Both the position numbers and the translations under genes were made by a program. 15,540 bases of DNA from Promethearchaeota archaeon (GTDB lineage Archaea > Asgardarchaeota > Lokiarchaeia > Sigyniarchaeales > SOKP01): assembly GCA_019894975.1 (NCBI GenBank), contig JAGXNO010000064.1, forward strand, positions 1 through 15,540. Direction: 5' to 3'. Positions 1 through 7,540 of the stretch are shown here, piece by piece. Under the pieces are notes generated by a model. That model worked only from the letters and a program-made list of their open reading frames with translations, ran no database searches and was not told the DNA's origin. Each line of letters begins with the position of its first letter. The first letter of the stretch is position 1.

Positions 1-182
1 GCGATGATCGAAGCTATAGATTCTTCTGGATCAATGCCTATGATTAATACACCAATAATGAAAGGGGATATTCTGTAAATAATGCATAATTCTTTCAAAT
101 TGTCTAAAAGGATATCTGCTGAAAAAAAAATGATTAAATATCCAACAAAGAATAAAAATATCCAAAAAATAAATGCAGTCAT
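1..182 (-). CDS. Ca2+/cation antiporter (CaCA, YrbG/NCX-like), N-terminal part, truncated by the window edge
   Basis: Not in the ORF track. Hand translation from ATG at 182 gives MTAFIFWIFLFFVGYLIIFFSADILLDNLKELCIIYRISPFIIGVLIIGIDPEESIASII..., open to the edge. 'ISPFIIGVLIIGIDPEE' matches the CaCA alpha-1 region and the paralog's 'ISPLIIGVTLVSIGTDISE'. It starts 6 nt after the GNAT stop, so the two are probably co-transcribed. Confidence 0.8.
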   Translation of the reverse strand, partial: MTAFIFWIFLFFVGYLIIFFSADILLDNLKELCIIYRISPFIIGVLIIGIDPEESIASII

Positions 183-188
183 TTTAAA

Positions 189-794
189 TCATACTTTTTC
201 ATTCCAATGGATAAAGATCTGGAATTTGAAATCTTTCCCCTTATATTCACCGTCATTTATGGCGGAAAATTCAAATCCATTATGTTCATGCCAATAAACA
301 GAGGCCTTATTAAATATTGGTTCTTCTACGATAAACGCAACAACAGGAGTATTTATTTTTTTTAAAGATTCTTGGAAAATAGTAGTACCAATTCCCTTAC
401 GTTTATATTCTGGTAAAATACTAATTTGGTCTAAGTATGCAAATTCAGTTTTTTCATTAAGGAGTAAATCTTTTGTTTTATTATTTTCGAAAGATAGATT
501 TCCAATAACATCGCGGACTTTTATTATATCATATTTTTTTCTATGAATGCTCATAAATCCAATAATTTTGCCTTTGTCGTTTTTGGTAATATAAATTTCG
601 ACGTTAGGTTCTTTTATTAGCTTTCTGTAATAGTCGATATCTACTTCTTTTCGTAAAAAACCTTCTTCTTCTAATTTCTCTTTTTGTTTTTGTGAAATTT
701 TATCAACTTCTTTTATTTTGATTAGGTTTTGATTAAGAGCATTAAGAATTCCTTCAGCATCTCCTACAGTTGCAATATTAATATTTGATTTCAA
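189..794 (-). CDS. GNAT family N-acetyltransferase
   Basis: 201 aa. Motif A is 'YLDQISILPEYKRKGIGT', with beta3 'IIGFM' and motif B 'NKASVYWHEHNGF'. TTG start is preceded by AAGGT (805-801). Confidence 0.9.
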   Translation of the reverse strand: MKSNINIATVGDAEGILNALNQNLIKIKEVDKISQKQKEKLEEEGFLRKEVDIDYYRKLIKEPNVEIYITKNDKGKIIGFMSIHRKKYDIIKVRDVIGNLSFENNKTKDLLLNEKTEFAYLDQISILPEYKRKGIGTTIFQESLKKINTPVVAFIVEEPIFNKASVYWHEHNGFEFSAINDGEYKGKDFKFQIFIHWNEKV

Positions 795-926
795 AGGATT
801 ACCTTAAGTTGATATTTTTGTAGCTTATTATTTTTTAGATGTTAATATATTATCTCTTATTTCATTAATTATCTTATAAGATTATTTTAGTCTGGTAAAA
901 TTAAATATTGAAAATTGAATCGAAAA

Positions 927-1634
927 ATGAATAGTCTACTTTGGCATCATGTGCATGTCACACTCCCCGATCGAGAAGCTGCTGCAAAATGGCACGAACA
1001 ATATACACCTGCGAATCGTGTTCCCCCAACAAAGCGCTCGGAAAACTTGTACTGGAGTCCAAACCTATTGCAAATTCAGAGTACTGCGGTTGCTCCTGAA
1101 CCTCGCAATGGACACATTGAAAGTATTGGCATTGGGGTTTTAAACTTGAATGAAACAGTTGCAGAATGGGAATCCGCTGGTGGATTTATTAATATTCTTA
1201 CACCATATTATGCGAAAGTACGTGATCCATGGGGATTAGCATTCGAACTTGTCGAAAGGTCCCCAAAAGCTTATACCCATATAAATATTGTAACAAAAAC
1301 AATTGAACAAACGCGAAATTGGTATGAAGAAAATTTAGGTGGTACTCGAGAAGTTTGTGAATGGGACAGAACTCGGTTAGCACTTAAGTACGATACCATG
1401 CTGATTGCTTTTAACCAAGTGAATTCTACTGTCTTTTCCGATAGAAGAACCATCGATCACATCGGATGGTATACTGATGATGTGGATGCAACATTTAACC
1501 AGCTCTCCATTAACGGCGTTTATTTCCCAGTTAAACCACGGGATTACGGTCCAGTTAGACTTGCATTCGCAGAGGATCCTTGCGGTATCTGGATAGAGAT
1601 ACATATTTTACCGAAATACGGTAAAAAAATGTAA
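927..1634 (+). CDS. VOC (glyoxalase/bleomycin resistance/extradiol dioxygenase) family protein with two VOC domains
   Basis: Repeated modules HHVH...DPWGLAFELV and YTHINI...IDHIGW...EDPCGIWIEI carry His/Glu metal ligands. ATG at 927 is preferred and TTG at 915 is possible. Confidence 0.88.
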   Translation: MNSLLWHHVHVTLPDREAAAKWHEQYTPANRVPPTKRSENLYWSPNLLQIQSTAVAPEPRNGHIESIGIGVLNLNETVAEWESAGGFINILTPYYAKVRDPWGLAFELVERSPKAYTHINIVTKTIEQTRNWYEENLGGTREVCEWDRTRLALKYDTMLIAFNQVNSTVFSDRRTIDHIGWYTDDVDATFNQLSINGVYFPVKPRDYGPVRLAFAEDPCGIWIEIHILPKYGKKM

Positions 1635-1901
1635 GAAAATATTATTTTTCTCCTTTTTAGTTTATCTCCTGTAATAACTTTAACGGTAAATTCTATACAT
1701 CCTTAAATGAATTATTTAATTTTGTAATAGCACATCTTTTAAATTTAGAGTGCAATTAGGAAAGAATGATAATGCAGAGAAATCAAATGAAACCTCATAA
1801 TGAACTCATCTTCAAAAAAAATATGATTGTTTTATATTTTCAAGAAACATTGTATATATTATAACTTATTAAGGGATATTTATGACGTATTCAGCATCAG
1901 A

Positions 1902-1914
1902 AGAAGATTATAAA
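1902..1914 (+). promoter_or_regulatory. Putative archaeal BRE-TATA promoter of the C45 hydrolase
   Basis: Purine-rich AGAAGA is followed by TTATAAA (1908-1914), 36 nt upstream of ATG 1951. GGAG lies at 1933-1936. Confidence 0.5.
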
Positions 1915-1950
1915 TTTAAGGTTTAGATTACAGGAGAGAAAGTTATAGCT

Positions 1951-3099
1951 ATGGTTGATTTCATTAAATTACACGGGACTCCTTCTGAAAGAGGTTTCCA
2001 ACAGGGAGATTTGTTGAAGGATAAGATTCAAAATGCTTTTGATATTATCTTTCATTCAAAAATGTTTTCAGAAGTAACATCTAAACTAATACCCCTCTCA
2101 GTAATCAAACTTGCGTTGGGGATTATGGGTAAAAAGAACATCAAGGGTGCAATTCAAAAAATCCTTCCTGATCAATTTGAAAAAATGATTTCAATAGGTA
2201 AGGCAGCAGAAATAAAAAGAAGTATTCTATATGGTGCGCATTACATAGAAGTTATGTCAGGAGATCCAAAATCGATTTATAAAAATCCACCGACTCAAGC
2301 TTGTTCAATGATATTTGCACTTTCAAAGGCTACAACAGACGGTTCGATGTTTTTTGGGCGAAATTATGACTTTCCTAATGTTCTTCAACCATTCCAGGTA
2401 ATACGTGAAGAAACACCAGAGGATGGTTATAAGAATATTAATTTCACCCAATATCCTCTTACAGGGTGTCATATGGGGTTAAATAAAAAAGGGTTAGCAA
2501 TTGGCTATAATTATGGTCGTTCTTGGAAGAAGGAACCACTTGATTTTAGATTAAAGGGTATTCCTGGCTCTTTTATTGTGCAAGAAGTGTTGGAATCGTG
2601 TGCAACAACCCAAGAAGCGATAGATTTTATCACAAAATTCACATCTCGCTCAAATGGGTGTCATTATGGGCTTATGGATGCTTCGGGGGATACTTGCGTA
2701 ATTGAGACCACTAGCACACGTCATGCAATTCGTCGACCTGAAGATTGGATATTAGCTCACACTAATCATTACCAAACAGAAGAACTTAAGGATGCGAATT
2801 TACCTGATTATGTACGTTTTAAGATGGATGACATGGATATATCTCCTATTGAATCTCCTATAAAACGTTATAAAAGAGAAATTGAGTTATTAAAAAACTA
2901 CAATGGTCAGATCACAATTGAGACAATTAAAGAAATTCTAAGGGATCATGATAATAGAACCCCTGATGATTTCACAGTGTGTACTCATGGACATTCTGCT
3001 GGAACGTTAGGATCAATAATAATTCTTCCAACCAAAAAAGAATTTTGGGTTACTGATAACTACCCTTGTAGTTCTGAATATGAGCAATTTAAGTTATAA
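1951..3099 (+). CDS. Peptidase C45 family Ntn-hydrolase (acyl-CoA:6-aminopenicillanate acyltransferase-like, autoproteolytic)
   Basis: 382 aa. Motifs are 'GTPSERGFQQG', the predicted nucleophile Cys118 in 'QACS', then 'GRNYDF', 'GLNKKGLAI', 'AHTNHY' and 'VCTHG'. Confidence 0.9.
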   Translation: MVDFIKLHGTPSERGFQQGDLLKDKIQNAFDIIFHSKMFSEVTSKLIPLSVIKLALGIMGKKNIKGAIQKILPDQFEKMISIGKAAEIKRSILYGAHYIEVMSGDPKSIYKNPPTQACSMIFALSKATTDGSMFFGRNYDFPNVLQPFQVIREETPEDGYKNINFTQYPLTGCHMGLNKKGLAIGYNYGRSWKKEPLDFRLKGIPGSFIVQEVLESCATTQEAIDFITKFTSRSNGCHYGLMDASGDTCVIETTSTRHAIRRPEDWILAHTNHYQTEELKDANLPDYVRFKMDDMDISPIESPIKRYKREIELLKNYNGQITIETIKEILRDHDNRTPDDFTVCTHGHSAGTLGSIIILPTKKEFWVTDNYPCSSEYEQFKL

Positions 3100-3127
3100 A
3101 AAAGGATAAAATAGATTTAATTATATT

Positions 3128-3616
3128 TTAATATCTTGTTCTGGTTGCCTGTATTCTGAGTTTTGCTTTAGTATTTTCTTTTTCATCTTGTAAAATAACA
3201 TATTGAGTTTTTGAGGGCAAATTAATCTCAAATTCTTGTTCAGCAACAGTATGATCCTTTTTCAAAGCATCTCTTTCCCGTAAAATTACATTTAATTTTT
3301 CTACAGCTGGTTTTTCAACACGAACAGTTTTAAATTGACTCCAAAGAGACATGTCAGCTCTAGAAGTAAATTCTTGATTTCTTTGTAATTTTATAGTTCC
3401 CTTATTTGGAAATCGAGCTTTAAAAAGCTTAGGTCCGTCCACTTTAAAATAAAATTCTCCTCTCCACCCCAATATATCATAATCTTTCAATGTCTTCAGA
3501 CTCATTAATTCGATACTAATTAAATAACGTTCTTTCTCTTCTCCTACTTGATCTTGATCAAAAGTCTGATCTTTCGCGTGTGTTTTTTTCGATTTGGCAT
3601 AATAACGTCGTGGAAT
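3128..3616 (-). CDS. C2-domain-like beta-sandwich protein, probably 162 aa from an ATT start
   Basis: The track ORF is 3128-3505, but the frame stays open upstream to 3622, where the TGA is part of a GGTGA SD. The C2 pattern is 'YLISIELMSLKTLKDYDILGWRGEFYFKV...NQEF...LNVILRERDALKKDHTV'. The gene is well supported. The start and fold are inferred. Confidence 0.65.
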   Translation of the reverse strand: MPRRYYAKSKKTHAKDQTFDQDQVGEEKERYLISIELMSLKTLKDYDILGWRGEFYFKVDGPKLFKARFPNKGTIKLQRNQEFTSRADMSLWSQFKTVRVEKPAVEKLNVILRERDALKKDHTVAEQEFEINLPSKTQYVILQDEKENTKAKLRIQATRTRY

Positions 3617-3764
3617 AATAATTCACCTTAAGTTTTGTTTTTGATAATTTTGTTTTGAATTTCATATGTTGTTAAAATATATATTTCTTTTTGGTGATTT
3701 TATTAAAAAATTAATAGTACTCCTAATAAGATTTAAATTCATTAACTTCAAATTATGAAATATA

Positions 3765-4514
3765 ATGATTTTAATAGCATTAGATGATTTATCTCAGTTA
3801 TCTGGACTTTTTGGTTTAATCGCAGTTTTAGTTGCTTGGTTTTATGGTGCAATTGTACTCTATAAATATTTTCAAACAAAAGAGAAATCCTTGTTTTACT
3901 TCTTCTTGGCAATCATTTTCACAATGGCCCCATGGTATCCTAGTGGATTAGGATATGTATACTGGTTGTTCACACGAGAAGAATTAGCTTATCAAGCATA
4001 TGTCTTATTAGGAACATTAGGAACACCAATAGCATTATTGTCATGGCTTCAAATTTACATGCCAGCCTTACATCCTAAAAAAAAAGAATTAGCGACATTA
4101 TTAATATTTTGTTTGTCAGTAGCGTTTTATATTTATCTATTTTTCTTTGTATTTTTTGCCCCTGGTGCCCCTGTTGATGGAGTTATAGGTATAAAAAGAA
4201 GTCCAATTGATATCGATTATAAAGGTTTTATTTTGGTTTTTCTAGCAATTTCTTTGCTTGTGAGCACTATTACAGGTAATGAGTTTTCTATTGTTTCGCT
4301 TAAAGTGAAAGATAGTCCAATTGTTAGATGGAAGGGGAGATTTTTAATAATATCCTTCAATTTATTTGCAATTGGTGCAATTGGTGATGGTTTTATTACC
4401 CTAACGCCTGTAACATTGATAATTTTCAGAATTTTAATGATGATTTCAAGTACGACGTATTACATAGGATTTATTTTACCAAAATGGATGAAGAAGCTTC
4501 TATCATTAAAATAA
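3765..4514 (+). CDS. Stand-alone 7TM integral membrane protein (uncharacterised, HisKA_7TM-like topology)
   Basis: 249 aa with seven hydrophobic segments by eye, a basic 'RWKGRFL' before TM6, and a short basic amphipathic tail 'PKWMKKLLSLK'. Confidence 0.8.
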   Translation: MILIALDDLSQLSGLFGLIAVLVAWFYGAIVLYKYFQTKEKSLFYFFLAIIFTMAPWYPSGLGYVYWLFTREELAYQAYVLLGTLGTPIALLSWLQIYMPALHPKKKELATLLIFCLSVAFYIYLFFFVFFAPGAPVDGVIGIKRSPIDIDYKGFILVFLAISLLVSTITGNEFSIVSLKVKDSPIVRWKGRFLIISFNLFAIGAIGDGFITLTPVTLIIFRILMMISSTTYYIGFILPKWMKKLLSLK

Positions 4515-4537
4515 TCCTCTAAATAAAATTCCTTTTT

Positions 4538-5458
4538 TTATTTATAATTAATAATAAGAACAGCACCTAAAACGATAATTCCTCCTACGATATTCCAGAT
4601 TACTAAAGTTTCGCTTCTTTGGAGCAAGATAGAAAATAAAAGGGTAAAAAAGGGCTCAACATACAAAAAAGAGGCAACTTTTGATGATTTTAAATTTAAT
4701 TGGGAATTTTGCCATATATAATAACCTAGAATATAACATAGAATTCCAACATAGACAGCACATAGAAACAGAATTATATTTAAGAAATTAGAAATAAAGA
4801 TTAGGAATTCATTATTTATTAATACCAAGAAAAACAGCTCAATCGTGCCTAGATAGGCGATATATTTCAGCATAAGGAGATTAGAGCTTTTATTAGCAAC
4901 TCTTTTAGTTAAAGTAGAATAAGTTGCCCATAAGAAGGGAGTTACCAGTGCAAACATATAGCCTAAAAAATTTGGATCCTCTGGAGTAAGGTTATTTAGG
5001 TTACCCCCAGTTATTAAAAGGAATCCTCCAATAGATGCAACTGTAAACCCAAGAATCTTTGTGAAGTTTAATTTTTCATTAAAAAAAATCAATGCTAAAA
5101 ATGTTATAACAACAGGTGCTAGCAAACATACAAATAAAGCAGGAAGGGAAGGGCCAATTATCTCAATGGCCGAATATTGAGCAAAGAAGAAAAATGAAAC
5201 ACCTGTAAAACTAGCTATAGTTATACGAACCCAATCCTTTTTTGAATAGCTTTCTTTAATAACATCATTTTTATTATGATTTTTTTTTCGTGAAAGTCGA
5301 ATGTAAATATCAATAATTAAAAATGTTAGAGAGGCAATAATAAACCGATAAAAAGCAACAGAAAGCGGGGGTATAATTTCAACAGCAATATCTACAACGA
5401 CAAATGAGAAACCCCAAATTATAATCATAAATATTAATTGTAAATAAATAAATAGCAT
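4538..5458 (-). CDS. DMT superfamily EamA-like transporter
   Basis: 306 aa with about 10 TM. Motifs are 'IIWGFSF', 'PPLSVAFYRF', 'LAPVVITFLALIFFNEKL', 'SSKVASFLYVEPFFT' and 'IVGGIIVLGAV'. Confidence 0.93.
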   Translation of the reverse strand: MLFIYLQLIFMIIIWGFSFVVVDIAVEIIPPLSVAFYRFIIASLTFLIIDIYIRLSRKKNHNKNDVIKESYSKKDWVRITIASFTGVSFFFFAQYSAIEIIGPSLPALFVCLLAPVVITFLALIFFNEKLNFTKILGFTVASIGGFLLITGGNLNNLTPEDPNFLGYMFALVTPFLWATYSTLTKRVANKSSNLLMLKYIAYLGTIELFFLVLINNEFLIFISNFLNIILFLCAVYVGILCYILGYYIWQNSQLNLKSSKVASFLYVEPFFTLLFSILLQRSETLVIWNIVGGIIVLGAVLIINYK

Positions 5459-5563
5459 TAGATTGAATTATTATAATGGTAAAAAATCTAAATCTTGCTT
5501 TAAAATGATTTATTAGTAATTATAAATTACGAACCATAATATTTTTTTTCAGAATGAATTCAG

Positions 5564-6172
5564 ATGAAAAAAATTAGTTATAATTTGCGAATTGGAATAG
5601 TTGGAAATAAGAATTATCATGAAGAGGTTTTTTTAGATAATATAAAAGATTTTGCAATAGCATTCAACATTTTGAGTCCTTATTCAGATTTTTTCCTTAT
5701 ATATAAACAGATTCCAATTAAAGTTAAAATATTTTCAGCTGAAACTCTTGAAGAGGTAATTAACAATTTTGATGAAATAGAGAAATTGGATGTCATCATA
5801 CTCACCGTTAATTTAGCTGACACAAATTCAATCCACCAATACTTTAAGGATATTGTGGAAGAGTTTAATGAATTGTATTATTTTCAAGGAATCTCTATTC
5901 TTGTGGGTATCGATATAGCTCAAATTTTCAAGGAAAAGATCTTAAATGATATTAGAGTAAGTAGATATAGTTTAAAAGATATGGCTAGTTATCTGAATCT
6001 TATATATTGCTATGAAATCTATAATATAACAAGAGATGTCATTGAGATCTACAAGAAAATCTTTGATGATTTTGTTTTTAGATTTAGTTATTCTAGCCCA
6101 GAATCATTTGAACAAGCAAAAATCTATGGAAATAGTCTTTTAAAAGAAACTAAAAAAATGAATTTGCTTTGA
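5564..6172 (+). CDS. Degenerate Ras/Rab-fold small GTPase-like protein (candidate pseudo-GTPase)
   Basis: 202 aa. The strand order follows the G-domain (LRIGIVG; IKVKIF; LDVIILTVNLADTNS; SILVG; YCYEI; DVIEIYKKI), but GKS/T, DxxG, NKxD and SAK are absent. Confidence 0.7.
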   Translation: MKKISYNLRIGIVGNKNYHEEVFLDNIKDFAIAFNILSPYSDFFLIYKQIPIKVKIFSAETLEEVINNFDEIEKLDVIILTVNLADTNSIHQYFKDIVEEFNELYYFQGISILVGIDIAQIFKEKILNDIRVSRYSLKDMASYLNLIYCYEIYNITRDVIEIYKKIFDDFVFRFSYSSPESFEQAKIYGNSLLKETKKMNLL

Positions 6173-6181
6173 GCTTTTATC

Positions 6182-6191
6182 TTTTTTTTTT
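6182..6191 (+). terminator. Oligo-T archaeal terminator candidate
   Basis: T10 tract 9 nt after the TGA at 6172. Confidence 0.5.
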
Positions 6192-6319
6192 AACGTAGTA
6201 TATTCAATTCAGAGTAAAAAAGAGATAAGTTATAAAAACAATATAATACAATTTAAAATATAATCTGTAAAACATGGAATTTTTATTTAAAATCGATTAA
6301 TTGGAGTTGAGAAAACGAA

Positions 6320-6511
6320 ATGGGGGAACCAAATGGTATGTTAACCATTGAAAAGACCGAAGGACGACGAAAATGTCCAAGTTGTGGGGAAGAAAATAAA
6401 TATATGATTCATGAATCTACGGATAAAACAAATAGTATTAGTGATTATCCCAGAGTTTACGGGAAGAAATATCGCTGTGGACGATGTGGACAAGAATGGC
6501 GGGAAAAATAA
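6320..6511 (+). CDS. Small zinc-ribbon protein (Cx2C-x30-Cx2C, resembles the TFS/TFIIS C-terminal ribbon)
   Basis: 63 aa with CPSCG...YRCGRCGQEWREK. GGAG lies at 6303-6306 and a T-tract follows the gene. Confidence 0.85.
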   Translation: MGEPNGMLTIEKTEGRRKCPSCGEENKYMIHESTDKTNSISDYPRVYGKKYRCGRCGQEWREK

Positions 6512-6531
6512 ATAAAAAAGGTCCATACTTC

Positions 6532-6543
6532 TTTTTCTTTTTT
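6532..6543 (+). terminator. Oligo-T terminator candidate
   Basis: TTTTTCTTTTTT 20 nt after the Zn-ribbon stop. Confidence 0.45.
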
Positions 6544-6690
6544 ATTCAGTTATAAATAAGCAATTATTTCTTATTTTTCGTTCTTATAATACTAAAAAGA
6601 GTTTTAAATCGATCATTTTAAATTTAAAAAAAGACAAAATAAATAATTAGACAAAATAATTTCATTTTGTAATGAATAGGGGATATAAAA

Positions 6691-7383
6691 ATGGATATCG
6701 CAAGATTTCTACAAATCTACATAATTCAAGGAGGTTTTGCCCTATTTTTTCTATTCATGGCATTTACTGTTTTAAAAAGAGGCAGAAAAAGAACCAATCT
6801 TTATTTAAGTGCTTTTTATCTTTCCTCATTCATTGGTGGATTTACAAATATTATCTATGCTAATATATTTGATAAAACAATCGTTTATATCTTATACTTT
6901 ATAACATATTTTAGTTTATGTTTTTCAATGACCTTTTTACTCATATTTGTGACACTCCTTTTAAAACCACCTGAGGTTATTGGCAAAAAAATCCAAATTT
7001 TAGTTTTAATTATAGATGCAATTTTTTTGCTTAGTTTATTAATGATTCCTAGTGGTATAATAATTGATGAAAATACATTCTGGAAACCCAATTGGAACTG
7101 GAATTTTTTATTAATATCAATTATTGGGTGGAGCAGTATCGTTATATTCCCAACAAGTTACTATTCTCTCAAAATTTATAGTAAGTTAGGAAATAAGCAT
7201 CTTAAGAAAAAGTGGAAATATTTTTTAATTGGCATTTCTGCGTATTTCTTTCTTTACTACGGTACATCTTTTTCTAATACATTACATAACGATATCTTTC
7301 GGTTCATCTGGTCACTGATTTCATTACCTACACTCGTGGCACTATACCTTATATATTATGGTGTAGGCCGTCAATTAGATTAA
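6691..7383 (+). CDS. Stand-alone 7TM membrane protein (HisKA_7TM-like), tandem paralog A
   Basis: 230 aa with seven hydrophobic segments, a TM4-TM5 loop 'GIIIDENTFWKPNW', 'LKKKWKYF' and C-terminal 'YYGVGRQLD'. Confidence 0.85.
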   Translation: MDIARFLQIYIIQGGFALFFLFMAFTVLKRGRKRTNLYLSAFYLSSFIGGFTNIIYANIFDKTIVYILYFITYFSLCFSMTFLLIFVTLLLKPPEVIGKKIQILVLIIDAIFLLSLLMIPSGIIIDENTFWKPNWNWNFLLISIIGWSSIVIFPTSYYSLKIYSKLGNKHLKKKWKYFLIGISAYFFLYYGTSFSNTLHNDIFRFIWSLISLPTLVALYLIYYGVGRQLD

Positions 7384-7398
7384 TAAAGCAATTCCTTG

Positions 7399-7408
7399 TT
7401 TTTTCTTT
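7399..7408 (+). terminator. Oligo-T terminator candidate
   Basis: TTTTTTCTTT 15 nt after the stop at 7383. Confidence 0.4.
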
Positions 7409-7540
7409 ATTAGTTTTAAGCTAAGGATTTACATCTTATTAAAACTAAAAACAGCAATAATATAAATATAAAATTATAAATAATTACATTAACAAATTAT
7501 TTTTAATAAAACAAAATAAGCTTCTTAACGTGATAAACGT

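Noticed and set aside
82-297. 71-aa plus-strand ORF
   Set aside because: Antisense to the GNAT and CaCA genes, with no motifs.
949-1604. Four short ORFs (949-1143, 1198-1383, 1271-1453, 1377-1604)
   Set aside because: All are nested in the VOC gene in alternative frames, with no recognisable features.
1766-1864. 32-codon ORF MIMQRNQMKPHNELIFKKN...
   Set aside because: No motif, and ORFs of this length are expected by chance.
6341-7091. Short ORFs 6341-6526, 6672-6863 and 6885-7091
   Set aside because: They overlap the better-supported Zn-ribbon and 7TM genes.
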